Below, in pieces: positions 16,817 through 24,934 of a stretch of 55,153 nt of DNA (position 1 is the stretch's first letter; each line of letters begins with the position of its first letter). The DNA comes from Patescibacteria group bacterium (GTDB lineage: Bacteria; Patescibacteriota; Minisyncoccia; UBA6257; 02-FULL-45-10c): assembly GCA_018969615.1 (NCBI GenBank), contig JAGWYA010000006.1:1-55153 (forward strand). Direction: 5' to 3'. The position numbers were made by a program, and so were the translations under genes. Under the pieces are notes generated by a model. The model saw nothing but the letters and a program-made list of their open reading frames with translations, searched no databases and was not told where the DNA came from.

Positions 16817-18315
16817 ACGGAACAGAGTTCTACGCATACATCCGTGTCTCGACGGCTAAACAAGGCGAAAAGGGCGTTTCACTCATCGAGCAAAAAGCTG
16901 CGATCGAGCGGTACGCGGAACGCAATAACTACACGATCGTCGAGTGGTTCGAAGAACGCGAGACGGCCGCATCACGCGGTCGCCCCGTCTTCAATCGAAT
17001 GCTCCAGCTCCTCCGGAAACGGAAGGTGCGGGGTGTTCTCATTCACAAGATCGACCGGAGTGCGCGCAATCTCAAAGACTGGGCAGATCTCGGAGAACTG
17101 ATTGACCAGGGCATCGAGGTTCACTTCGCAAACGAAGGGCTCGATCTTCACTCCCGGGGCGGGCGGCTCTCAGCTGACATCCAGGCGGTGGTCGCCGCAG
17201 ATTTCATTCGAAACCTCCAAGAAGAGACCCGTAAGGGCATGTGGGGGCGGTTCAAGCAGGGCCTCTATCCGTTGCGTGCACCATTGGGCTATCGCGATTG
17301 TGGACCAGGGAAGCCAAAAGAAATCGACCCCGCAAAGGGGCCGCTCGTTCGGCGGGCATTCGAGCTGTATGCCACTGGTAAATACTCACTGATTCGCTTG
17401 CGCGCGGAGATGGCGCGTCGTGGGTTAACGAACCTTGCCGAAAGGAACCTGAGCATAAACAGCCTTGCCGCTGTGCTGCACAACCCGTTCTATGCGGGAC
17501 TCATCGCAATTAAAAAAAGTGGTGAAACCTTCCAAGGTGTTCATGAAGCTCTCATCCCTATGCATCTCTACAAGGAGGTGCAGAACGTTCTCAGAGGTAA
17601 GGTGCCGGTTCGCCAAGTGAAACATGATTTCTTGTTCCGGAAGAGCATCCGATGCGGAGAATGTGGACGCGCGTTGATTGGCGAACGAGTGAAGGGCCGG
17701 GTGTACTACCGTTGCCATCTGTCGGTATGTTCAACAAAAACGATCCGAGAGGATCGGGCGCTCGCAGAGGTCATCAGAGAGCTTCACAAACTTGAGTTTC
17801 CTGCTGGGGTTCAAGACATCCTCATCAAGGAGCTTGAAGAGATGCGGAAGAATGAATCGCGTAACCGACTTGAAGACAGGCAGTCGCGATCATTGCGTCT
17901 CGATCAGATGCGCGAACGCCTAAACCGGCTGACCGATGCCTATCTTGATCGCTTACTGGAAAAGGACGCCTACGAGGATCGACGCCGGCTTATTCTTATC
18001 GAAATCCGTGAGCTTGAGGAATTGGCAAAGAAGGAGCCGATGGGAGCCGAAAGAATGCCTGATCGGATCGTGGATCTCGTGATGCGCGCTCAAAATGCCG
18101 GTTCGACGTTCATCGCGGCAAAGGGTAACGAACAAAAAGTGCTGTTGCGAATTTTTACCTCGAACTTGAAGCTCAATTTCCGGAAGCTAGACGTAGAGCT
18201 GGCTCAGCCGTTTTTTGCAATTGAAAGTTTTAATACATCTCTGAAAGGGGTGCCTAATGGGAATCGAACCCATGCTATCGCTGCCACAGAGCGAAGTTCT
18301 ACCATTAAACTATAG
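16813..18315 (+). CDS. Large serine recombinase (integrase)
   Basis: FYAYIRVSTAKQGEKGVSLIEQ...VLIHKIDRSARN resolvase domain, followed by a recombinase domain, zinc ribbon CGECGRAL...YYRCHLSVC and a coiled coil. The internal ATG at 16813 is preferred over the track start at 16711. The last roughly 22 codons are antisense to tRNA-His. Confidence 0.85.
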   Translation: MNGTEFYAYIRVSTAKQGEKGVSLIEQKAAIERYAERNNYTIVEWFEERETAASRGRPVFNRMLQLLRKRKVRGVLIHKIDRSARNLKDWADLGELIDQGIEVHFANEGLDLHSRGGRLSADIQAVVAADFIRNLQEETRKGMWGRFKQGLYPLRAPLGYRDCGPGKPKEIDPAKGPLVRRAFELYATGKYSLIRLRAEMARRGLTNLAERNLSINSLAAVLHNPFYAGLIAIKKSGETFQGVHEALIPMHLYKEVQNVLRGKVPVRQVKHDFLFRKSIRCGECGRALIGERVKGRVYYRCHLSVCSTKTIREDRALAEVIRELHKLEFPAGVQDILIKELEEMRKNESRNRLEDRQSRSLRLDQMRERLNRLTDAYLDRLLEKDAYEDRRRLILIEIRELEELAKKEPMGAERMPDRIVDLVMRAQNAGSTFIAAKGNEQKVLLRIFTSNLKLNFRKLDVELAQPFFAIESFNTSLKGVPNGNRTHAIAATERSSTIKL

Positions 18316-18320
18316 GCACC
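18248..18320 (-). tRNA. tRNA-His (anticodon GTG)
   Basis: The reverse complement folds as a cloverleaf. It has an extra 5' G typical of tRNA-His, anticodon arm TCGCT-CTGTGGC-AGCGA, T arm ATGGG-TTCGATT-CCCAT and acceptor GTGCCTA/TAGGCAC. CCA is not encoded. Confidence 0.85.
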
Positions 18321-18410
18321 ATAAATACCTTGAGAGCGTATCGCAAAGCGATGAAAAACGCAATCTTAGGATGTCTTCATTGTACTGAAAAATACCTGAT
18401 CGCTCAATGA

Positions 18411-18437
18411 TAAAAAATAACCCTCGAAAGGGTTATT
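18411..18437 (-). terminator. Intrinsic terminator after the isochorismatase-family gene
   Basis: AATAACCC-TTTCGA-GGGTTATT hairpin followed by a T-run on the minus strand. Confidence 0.6.
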
Positions 18438-18439
18438 GA

Positions 18440-19126
18440 TCAATAAAGCGGAAAGATCTTGGGAGTCATAGCGAACTGCACTCCCATCGATTCAAGCCTC
18501 CGCTTCGCTTCCTGGGACTCGCTCGGATGCCACGGCCGGACCAGATCCTCCAGAATGACGATATCTCTTATCACGCCTTTCGTGAGAAGATACGCGATCT
18601 CATCCATGATGCAATATTCGAGATGGAGTCCGGCAAAGAAGATCCGGCGAACGCCCATTTCCTCCATCAGCATATCCAATTGATACTTCTGGAAAATACT
18701 GAATTGCGCCCCCAGCAACGGGCAGCTCTCGCGGTCGTACCACGACCAAAAGATCTGGGAAAGAAGCTGCTGCCGATAGACCTCTGCAAGCGGCAGCTCG
18801 GGAAGGTATCCGTCGGAGAACAGCTCATAGTGCCCTGCGGGCACCTCATAAAAGAACCCGTCCGGCAACCTCACCGGGTTCGTAGCGATCGCATGCTTCA
18901 AAACCGCCGTCGATGTCTGATCGGGAAATAATGTCAGATGATGCTTATGGGCGAAGAAGAATACGTTCTCCAATTTAAAATACCGCCGCGCCAAGCCAGC
19001 GAGATACGGAGAAAATTTTTCCGTACCGAGCGTCGGTTGTCGCCCGCGGCTCAAAAAATCATTCTGCATATCGTTGATCACCAGCGCATCCCGTTCGCGA
19101 TCGAACTCTTCGACCCGTTGATGCAT
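18440..19126 (-). CDS. Isochorismatase/cysteine-hydrolase family protein
   Basis: The N-terminal ALVINDMQNDF motif is characteristic of the isochorismatase/nicotinamidase fold. Later IFFAGLHLEYCI contains a candidate catalytic Cys. Confidence 0.65.
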   Translation of the reverse strand: MHQRVEEFDRERDALVINDMQNDFLSRGRQPTLGTEKFSPYLAGLARRYFKLENVFFFAHKHHLTLFPDQTSTAVLKHAIATNPVRLPDGFFYEVPAGHYELFSDGYLPELPLAEVYRQQLLSQIFWSWYDRESCPLLGAQFSIFQKYQLDMLMEEMGVRRIFFAGLHLEYCIMDEIAYLLTKGVIRDIVILEDLVRPWHPSESQEAKRRLESMGVQFAMTPKIFPLY

Positions 19127-19260
19127 ACGGCCTCCGCTTTCAAAGAACTTAACTTAAGCGTACCCTTTCGCCCGAAAAAGAAAAAGCCCCGCAGGATGCG
19201 GGGCTTGCCTCAAGGACAGGAGTCCGAGGACTTGGTGGGAGGTAAGGACGCCGGCTTCGG

Positions 19261-19629
19261 TCAGCGCGCGACGGCGGGCACGAGCAGCATCCGCGAGTGG
19301 CGGAACTTCCGCGACACGCGGCGCATCGGGATGAAGCCGGTCGGCTTCACGCCGTAGTACTCGGTGATCGCCTTCAGCAGGCGGGGGCTGACCTTCTTGC
19401 TCTTGCAGCTCCCGGCAGCGATGCTGCGGATCTCGTTCAGGACGAACGCCCGCTGCCCGCGACCGTCGAGGTCGAACGGCATCTCCCGCAGACCCAGACG
19501 CTTGAGGCGCGCCGGCATCGGCCCGGCGGGAACGGAGACGGGCTCCGAATCCACCAGATCGGCCGGATCCACCACCCCGAGCAGCGTCAGGACCCAGTAG
19601 AAGACCTCCGTCAGCGCTTTCTTGATCAT
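19261..19629 (-). CDS. Hypothetical protein (122 aa) in a GC-rich patch
   Basis: Strong ribosome-binding site GGGAGGAAGAG upstream of the ATG. It has its own promoter and terminator (hairpin 19185-19205). No motif recognised. Confidence 0.45.
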   Translation of the reverse strand: MIKKALTEVFYWVLTLLGVVDPADLVDSEPVSVPAGPMPARLKRLGLREMPFDLDGRGQRAFVLNEIRSIAAGSCKSKKVSPRLLKAITEYYGVKPTGFIPMRRVSRKFRHSRMLLVPAVAR

Positions 19630-19717
19630 GATCTCTTCCTCCCTCAGTTTTCTGTTAGGCGAGGCCTTGCCTCTGCCCCTCCATCAAAGAACGGATACCC
19701 TTATTCAGGATAGATAT

Positions 19718-19745
19718 ATTATACCATATACTGGTATAAAGTCAA
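19718..19745 (-). promoter_or_regulatory. Near-consensus sigma-70-type promoter overlapped by a 19-bp palindrome (candidate operator)
   Basis: The minus strand reads TTGACT-16 nt-TATAAT. The palindrome TATACCA-N5-TGGTATA (19720-19738) spans the spacer and the -10 box. Confidence 0.45.
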
Positions 19746-19780
19746 GTATTAAAAACTCCCCTGTTTGAGGGGAGTGATCG

Positions 19781-20356
19781 CTACCGATAGGCCCTGAGAA
19801 GGGTCCCGTACGGCTTCCATTCACCGGCATCTTTATCGTAATACAGGCACTGCTGAGCGCTCAGTAGGCTACTCAGCCGCGTATCTGTATCAAGCTTTAG
19901 CACAAATCGCTGATCCTCGAGAATGCCGGCCCCGAGGAAGAGGAGCCCCTCGTATCGCTCGCCGAGACATTGAGAAAAGATGTCGCAAAGCTTGATGGTC
20001 TCCTTGCTCTTCTCAAGGACGATCGCACATTTATCCCAATACATCATGAACTGGTAATTCCCCCATTCGTTCGTGTAATGCAAAATACCCATATCCACCC
20101 AGCGCGAACGGTCCGCATCCCACGAAAGGCAATGGAAATTTTTTTCGGTCGGCGCAACGCAAAGAAAAAGGTCATCGGCATCGGCATCTTTCCGGGCGAA
20201 CTGAACCGCCATATATCCGCCGATCATCTTCGTACCCCTCGGTCCGCTGAAAAGGTCCGTGAAGTACACGTACTTTTCGCCCTCTTTCAGTTCGATGCAA
20301 TGCTCCTTCCAGCGGATCTCCAGGCCTTGAAGGTCCATGGCAAACCTCGTTTTCAA
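19781..20356 (-). CDS. Hypothetical protein (191 aa)
   Basis: Long ORF with coding-like composition, followed by a terminator-like hairpin. No motif recognised. Confidence 0.45.
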   Translation of the reverse strand: MKTRFAMDLQGLEIRWKEHCIELKEGEKYVYFTDLFSGPRGTKMIGGYMAVQFARKDADADDLFLCVAPTEKNFHCLSWDADRSRWVDMGILHYTNEWGNYQFMMYWDKCAIVLEKSKETIKLCDIFSQCLGERYEGLLFLGAGILEDQRFVLKLDTDTRLSSLLSAQQCLYYDKDAGEWKPYGTLLRAYR

Positions 20357-20468
20357 GGAATTACTTTTACGCTAACACAAATAAAAGGGGTTTGGGAATA
20401 CTCGCCCCGGCCTTAGGCGCGGGCTTTTTGACCCCCTTCCCGAGTTCGATTTCCCTCTTCAAGCAACG

Positions 20469-20506
20469 AATAAAGAATACCCGCCATATGGCGGGTATTC
20501 TTTATT
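20469..20506 (-). terminator. Long hairpin terminator downstream of tRNA-Cys
   Basis: AATAAAGAATACCCGCC-ATAT-GGCGGGTATTCTTTATT, a near-perfect inverted repeat. Confidence 0.6.
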
Positions 20507-20508
20507 GA

Positions 20509-20579
20509 GGCCTGAGGGAGAATCGAACTCCCGTATAAGAGTTTTGCAGACTCCTGCCTTACCACTTGGCTATCAGGCC
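20509..20579 (-). tRNA. tRNA-Cys (anticodon GCA)
   Basis: The reverse complement is GGCCTGATAGCCAAGTGGTAAGGCAGGAGTCTGCAAAACTCTTATACGGGAGTTCGATTCTCCCTCAGGCC. The anticodon loop is CTGCAAA, with a canonical T arm. Confidence 0.85.
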
Positions 20580-20819
20580 GATATTATATTTCCGCTTCAA
20601 CATCTCCTTCTGCTGCCCGGTCTTCAAGAATCTTTCTAGTTTCATCGCCTCGCTTCTTGATGGGGCTTCTCTGACCTCCAATAAGACCCAGGGGCGATAA
20701 GATTTCGTCGATCGAACCCTACCCGCATTATGCAGCGAAATTCTCTTTTCAACGTCTTCAGTACTCCCAATATACATATCATTATTTGCACAACTTTTCA
20801 AAACATAGACATAAAACAT
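20559..20819 (-). CDS. GIY-YIG nuclease-domain protein (86 aa)
   Basis: MFYVYVLKS...MYIGSTEDVEKRISLHN...R...E gives the GIY-YIG core motifs. ATG at 20819. The last 6 codons and the stop lie inside the 5' part of tRNA-Cys. Confidence 0.8.
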   Translation of the reverse strand: MFYVYVLKSCANNDMYIGSTEDVEKRISLHNAGRVRSTKSYRPWVLLEVREAPSRSEAMKLERFLKTGQQKEMLKRKYNIGLIAKW

Positions 20820-20832
20820 GCCCGAGACGCAT

Positions 20833-21222
20833 TTAATCTTTCTCCTGATCCTCATCATCTTTTTTGTCCCTTCGGGACACCTCCCGCAGGGAGGCAATTT
20901 TCATGAACGTCTTCTCAAGCTCGGCCGCGCGGCTCGTTCCCTTGTCCAGAATAAAGCGCAGCATCGGCATCGGCTTGATATTGATCTTCTTCAAAAGCAA
21001 ATGGCGGAGGTACTGCCGTGAATCGTTGAGCTTGGCGAGCACATCGTCGCCGCGGTTGTCCGGGATCACCGACACGAAGATATCGGCATACTCAAGGTCC
21101 TTCTGCACCTCGACTTCGGTCACAGTCACCAAGGCGCCGTCAAACTCCATTTCGCGAAGAATGACTTCGTTCAAATATTCCTGGATCACGCTGGTGACCC
21201 GCTGAGCACGCAAGAACGGCAT
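20833..21222 (-). CDS. rbfA: Ribosome-binding factor A
   Basis: RVTSVIQEYLNEVILREM...LVTVTEVEVQKDLEYADIFVSV...LLLKKINIKPMPMLRFILD is the typical RbfA pattern. Its start overlaps the infB stop (TAATG). Confidence 0.85.
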   Translation of the reverse strand: MPFLRAQRVTSVIQEYLNEVILREMEFDGALVTVTEVEVQKDLEYADIFVSVIPDNRGDDVLAKLNDSRQYLRHLLLKKINIKPMPMLRFILDKGTSRAAELEKTFMKIASLREVSRRDKKDDEDQEKD

Positions 21223-22670
21223 TAGGGCTGAAGAAGAATATCCCCCGTCTGAATGATAATATCCGATTCGAACAGCAGGCCGCATTCATTCCCTTCCGAT
21301 ACCACGTTGGCGTCCTTTTTAGCCTGCTGGAGGTTCACCACCTTTCCTTTGCCGATGATCGCATCATCGCGGCGGATATCAAGCCACGCCTTCGTAAGAA
21401 TGCGCCCCTTCGTCACTTTGCCGCCGATCGTCTGCACGCGGTTCTTCGCGCTGAACGTCGCCAGGATCTGCAGTTCGCCCTGGTAGTTCCCTTCATGCAT
21501 CGTCTTGAACATCGTTTCGATCTGTTCCACCAGCTTGTAGATGATCTCGTCGGTCAGCAGCATAATGTCGTGCACGCGCGCGAGGTTCTCCGCCGCCCGC
21601 GTCGGATAGGAGCCGAAACCGATGATGAACGCTCCGGTCGCCAGCGCGTCCTTCACATCGCCGTCAGTGATCTCGCCGACCGTCTGGCTGATGATCTCCA
21701 GCCGCTGATTCTTCGCGATCGGTATCTTCCGCAACAGGTCGTTCAACGCCTCAAGCGATCCGGCGGTATCCGCCTTCAAAATGACGCGCACGGTCTGTTC
21801 GTCCTTCGCGCCGCTTCCCGTCACGCGCGTGGACGCTTTCTTCACCACCTCGTCCAGTTCCTTTTCGGATAACTTTCCCGCCTTGAACTCTTCGCCGACC
21901 GCCGGCAGTTCTTCAAAACCCATGATCACCGCCGGGCTGGACGGCAGCAGTTCATCCACGGCCTTGCCAAGGAAGTTTTCCAGGATCTTCACTTTTCCTT
22001 TCGCGCTCGGCGTCATGATCATATCGCCCCGGCGCAAAGTTCCGTTCTTCAAAATGACGGTCACGGTATTCCCGCGCCGCTTATCAAGCTTCGTTTCGAG
22101 GATCATGCCGGACGCAAGCGCTTCCGGATCATACGACAGGTCCTCTACTTCGGATGCAAGCACGATAAGGTCGAGCAGCTCGCCTATGCCTTCGCCGGTC
22201 TTGGATGACACGCCCTGGTAGCTCACATCGCCGCCGTATCCCTCCAAAAACACGCCGTTCGTCATGAGGTCGTTCTTCGTTTTGTCGATATCGATCCCGG
22301 ATTTGTCGATCTTGGTCAGCGCGACCACGAACGGCGTCTTAGAACCGATGATCGCCTTCAATGCTTCCTTCGTCTGCGGCTTCACGCCTTCGTCCGCCGC
22401 GACCACCAGGATCGCCACGTCCGCCACATGGGCGCCGCGCTCGCGCATCTTCGAGAACGCTTCGTGTCCCGGCGTATCGATGAAGGTGATCTTCTTGCCG
22501 TCGTGCTCGATCTCATAGGCGCCGACCGACTGCGTAATGCCGCCGGCTTCGCGTCCCACGATATTCGTCTTGCGGATGTAGTCCAGCAAGCTCGTCTTGC
22601 CATGATCAACATGGCCGACAATGACCGCTACCGGAGCCCGCTTCAATTGTTCTTTCGTTTCATTTGCCAT
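21222..22670 (-). CDS. infB: Translation initiation factor IF-2 (short form lacking the long N-terminal region)
   Basis: G-domain motifs [20 protein letters not shown] and TKID, followed by the IF-2 domain II and C-terminal domains. The alternative GTG start at 22691 is possible. Confidence 0.9.
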   Translation of the reverse strand: MANETKEQLKRAPVAVIVGHVDHGKTSLLDYIRKTNIVGREAGGITQSVGAYEIEHDGKKITFIDTPGHEAFSKMRERGAHVADVAILVVAADEGVKPQTKEALKAIIGSKTPFVVALTKIDKSGIDIDKTKNDLMTNGVFLEGYGGDVSYQGVSSKTGEGIGELLDLIVLASEVEDLSYDPEALASGMILETKLDKRRGNTVTVILKNGTLRRGDMIMTPSAKGKVKILENFLGKAVDELLPSSPAVIMGFEELPAVGEEFKAGKLSEKELDEVVKKASTRVTGSGAKDEQTVRVILKADTAGSLEALNDLLRKIPIAKNQRLEIISQTVGEITDGDVKDALATGAFIIGFGSYPTRAAENLARVHDIMLLTDEIIYKLVEQIETMFKTMHEGNYQGELQILATFSAKNRVQTIGGKVTKGRILTKAWLDIRRDDAIIGKGKVVNLQQAKKDANVVSEGNECGLLFESDIIIQTGDILLQP

Positions 22671-22830
22671 ACAGTCCCATAAAAATACCACGTTTTTTTC
22701 ATTTTGACAAATAAAGATCGGCTTTTAACTTCAAATATTCTCGGTCAAAATTTGTTTGTAAATTAACCGATCTTCATATAATATGTACCTAGAGCAGGAA
22801 GAAAGCGGGATCATCTCCCGCAAAAAAAAT

Positions 22831-23146
22831 ACGGAGGCGTGGCCGAGTCCTGCCTGCCGGCAGGCAGGGGCTGAAAGCAAAATATGTTTTGCGTCTACAT
22901 CCTCAAAAGCGAAAAAGATAACAGTTTATACATCGGCAAAACGAACGATCTTAAGCGCCGACTTGCCGAGCATAACCGCGGCGATACCCCGTCGATCCGA
23001 TCGAAGCGACCTTTGGTCCTTCTGGAATATATCGAATGCGCCACAGAGCCTGAAGCGCGCCGATTGGAAAAAGACTGCAAAAAGGGGTATAAAAGAGAAG
23101 CAATAAGAAAGAAGTATAATTTATAACATACGGAGGCGTGGCCGAG
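22831..23146 (+). mobile_element. GIY-YIG cassette inserted at the 5' end of tRNA-Ser, flanked by an 18-bp direct repeat of the tRNA 5' end
   Basis: ACGGAGGCGTGGCCGAGT occurs at 22831-22848 and again at 23129-23146. The perfect 20-bp palindrome CCTGCCTGCCGGCAGGCAGG at 22849-22868 directly follows the first copy. Confidence 0.6.
22884..23126 (+). CDS. GIY-YIG nuclease-domain protein (80 aa)
   Basis: MFCVYILKSEKDNSLYIGKTNDLKRRLAEHN...E. It ends ...RKKYNL, 4 nt before tRNA-Ser. Its C-terminus resembles that of the copy next to tRNA-Cys (...KRKYNI). Confidence 0.8.
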   Translation: MFCVYILKSEKDNSLYIGKTNDLKRRLAEHNRGDTPSIRSKRPLVLLEYIECATEPEARRLEKDCKKGYKREAIRKKYNL

Positions 23147-23218
23147 TGGCTGAAGGCAGCATCCTGCTAAGATGTTAACCGGGAAACCGGTTCGAAGGTT
23201 CGAATCCTTCCGCCTCCG
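23131..23218 (+). tRNA. tRNA-Ser (anticodon GCT)
   Basis: GGAGGCG acceptor, anticodon loop CTGCTAA, long variable arm (ACCGGGAAACCGGT) and T arm GAAGGTTCGAATCCTTC. Confidence 0.85.
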
Positions 23219-23274
23219 CAGAAAAGTAAAACGACACTACCTGCCTGTCTTACTTCGTTAGTAGTGAACTTACT

Positions 23275-23871
23275 ATGACCTACGAAAACGTCATTCTCGC
23301 AAGCTGGGCAGCATTTATCATCGTCTGGAGTATCGGTGCATTCAACGTAAAACGCGACGTTAATAGAGATCGCATTCTCATCCTTCGATCTTGGCTTCTC
23401 CGCTCAGTAGTCATCGTGCTCGTACTCTTCGCCCTGACTCGTATCGCGACACGAACAGCACATTACACCCGCACTGATATTATAGTTTTAGGGGAAGCCC
23501 TCTTTACCCCGCCGCTTATGCTCGGCTGGATCGCTGCTTGTCTTACGATGCTCGGCGTTCTTTTCGCGATCTGGGCACGCATCCATCTCGGACGCAACTG
23601 GAGCTCTGTTCCTACGGCAAAAGAGGGTCATGAACTCATTACAAGCGGCCCATACCGCTTCGTCCGCCATCCTATTTATACCGGCATTCTTTTCGCCGCG
23701 TTCGGGGCTGCGCTCACCGGAAGCTTATTCGGCATCGGTATTTTCATACTTGTTTGCGCCATATTTCTGCGCCGCATCAGCAAAGAGGAGCACATCATGC
23801 TAGGGCTATTCCCCAATACATATCCGGGATATCAAACGAGAACGAAACGGCTTATTCCGTTCGTGTGGTAA
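23275..23871 (+). CDS. Isoprenylcysteine carboxyl methyltransferase (ICMT)/phospholipid methyltransferase family membrane protein
   Basis: Multi-TM protein with the family signature ELITSGPYRFVRHPIYTG. Confidence 0.7.
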   Translation: MTYENVILASWAAFIIVWSIGAFNVKRDVNRDRILILRSWLLRSVVIVLVLFALTRIATRTAHYTRTDIIVLGEALFTPPLMLGWIAACLTMLGVLFAIWARIHLGRNWSSVPTAKEGHELITSGPYRFVRHPIYTGILFAAFGAALTGSLFGIGIFILVCAIFLRRISKEEHIMLGLFPNTYPGYQTRTKRLIPFVW

Positions 23872-23996
23872 AATGTGAAAAATAGAAATTGATTCGCTCG
23901 ACACTATAAAACACGCCTTTCGGCGGTTTTTATATTTTCACGCTATTTTCTCAATACAAAAAACTTAACTTTCGTGTGAACTAAACCGATCCGGTC

Positions 23997-24452
23997 TCAA
24001 TCAAGGTTCAACTCCGCATCAATCCAAACTTTGACCTGCTGATGCAGCCGCGCATATGCACGCCATACTGAAGCCGACCATGCACGGATCGCATTATCCC
24101 GCTCTGCGCCTGCTGGAACAGCAATTACGTCATAAACGGTCATGGCGCCGGCGGTATCGATCGGAACGAGTCGTGGTAAGCGCTCTTTGTGCTTCGCAAG
24201 CTCCACGTGCGCCTGCTGTACTTCTTTTCCGGAATATCCCTTCTCGTTATGAAGATAGAGGCCCGCAAGTGCGAAGTCGAGGTAGATAGGTTTTGATAAT
24301 CCGTCCGCATGCTGCGCTGCATATGCATCAACGATATATTGGTGTATAAATTCAACGCTCGGATGTGCAAGCGTATAAAAAGAAAGTTCGTTGTATGCAT
24401 CCTGATCGGCCATAATTTCCGGTAATAATGCAACCTTATTGTACACCGCCAA
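23997..24452 (-). CDS. Hypothetical protein (151 aa)
   Basis: Complete ORF flanked by terminators of the form AAACCGCCTTTCGGCGGTTT. No motif recognised. Confidence 0.45.
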   Translation of the reverse strand: MAVYNKVALLPEIMADQDAYNELSFYTLAHPSVEFIHQYIVDAYAAQHADGLSKPIYLDFALAGLYLHNEKGYSGKEVQQAHVELAKHKERLPRLVPIDTAGAMTVYDVIAVPAGAERDNAIRAWSASVWRAYARLHQQVKVWIDAELNLD

Positions 24453-24514
24453 TATTCAGATCGAAAGAAGCATAGATCACTAAAAACCGCCTTTCGGCGG
24501 TTTTTAGTTTTAAC

Positions 24515-24934
24515 TTATTTCCTCGATGCCAGATGGAAACTTGTATACGAGATGAAAGCGGCAACGAAGATCGCGATCCAGCTCATCCACATCGGTGCAG
24601 CCCAGGCGCCGATCATCACCGACCACCCAAAGACCAAACGAAGGAAATGCGCGAGTGCGACCAGGCCGGTGATCACGCCGACCACGAAGAAGAGCGACTT
24701 CGGCGATGCGCCGGGCTCCATACTGCGCGGATGCCATGCATAATGGATCAGGACCAGGAGCAGGAAGAGATCGAACCCGATCCAGAACCATGCCGTCTGC
24801 GACGTCACCCAAATACCCATAAAACTCTGCGGGAGAAGCCCTGAGGACAGCATCCAAACGCCCGTCAGCAGATCCCCCAAAACAAGCCCCGACGCAAACT
24901 TCGCTATCTCCTTTAATCGTTGTGTATGTGTCAT
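24515..24934 (-). CDS. Integral membrane protein (about 139 aa, 4 TM)
   Basis: The start at MTHTQRL (ATG 24934) is preferred. The longer track ORF would overlap the divergent UXS gene. Confidence 0.5.
   Translation of the reverse strand: MTHTQRLKEIAKFASGLVLGDLLTGVWMLSSGLLPQSFMGIWVTSQTAWFWIGFDLFLLLVLIHYAWHPRSMEPGASPKSLFFVVGVITGLVALAHFLRLVFGWSVMIGAWAAPMWMSWIAIFVAAFISYTSFHLASRK

Larger units (their letters stand above)
1..18320. mobile_element. GC-rich integrative island (right end) abutting the 3' end of tRNA-His; left boundary is outside the window; may be two tandem elements
   Basis: Clear compositional shift at about 18.3 kb. There are two large serine recombinase genes (9322-11265 minus, 16813-18315 plus). 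The second reads into tRNA-His. Cargo is typical of an accessory or mobile region (HNH, XRE, RuvC-like, ECF sigma, P-loop NTPase). Confidence 0.55.

Noticed and set aside
20441-20460. T-arm-like GAGTTCGATTT segment, considered as a tRNA fragment downstream of tRNA-Cys
   Set aside because: The flanking bases cannot form a T stem and no acceptor-like sequence follows, so this is probably a chance resemblance.
22805-22829. Hairpin GCGGGA-TCATC-TCCCGC followed by an A-run, considered as a terminator
   Set aside because: On the plus strand it is followed by A residues rather than T residues. On the minus strand the T-run precedes the stem. Neither orientation gives a canonical intrinsic terminator.
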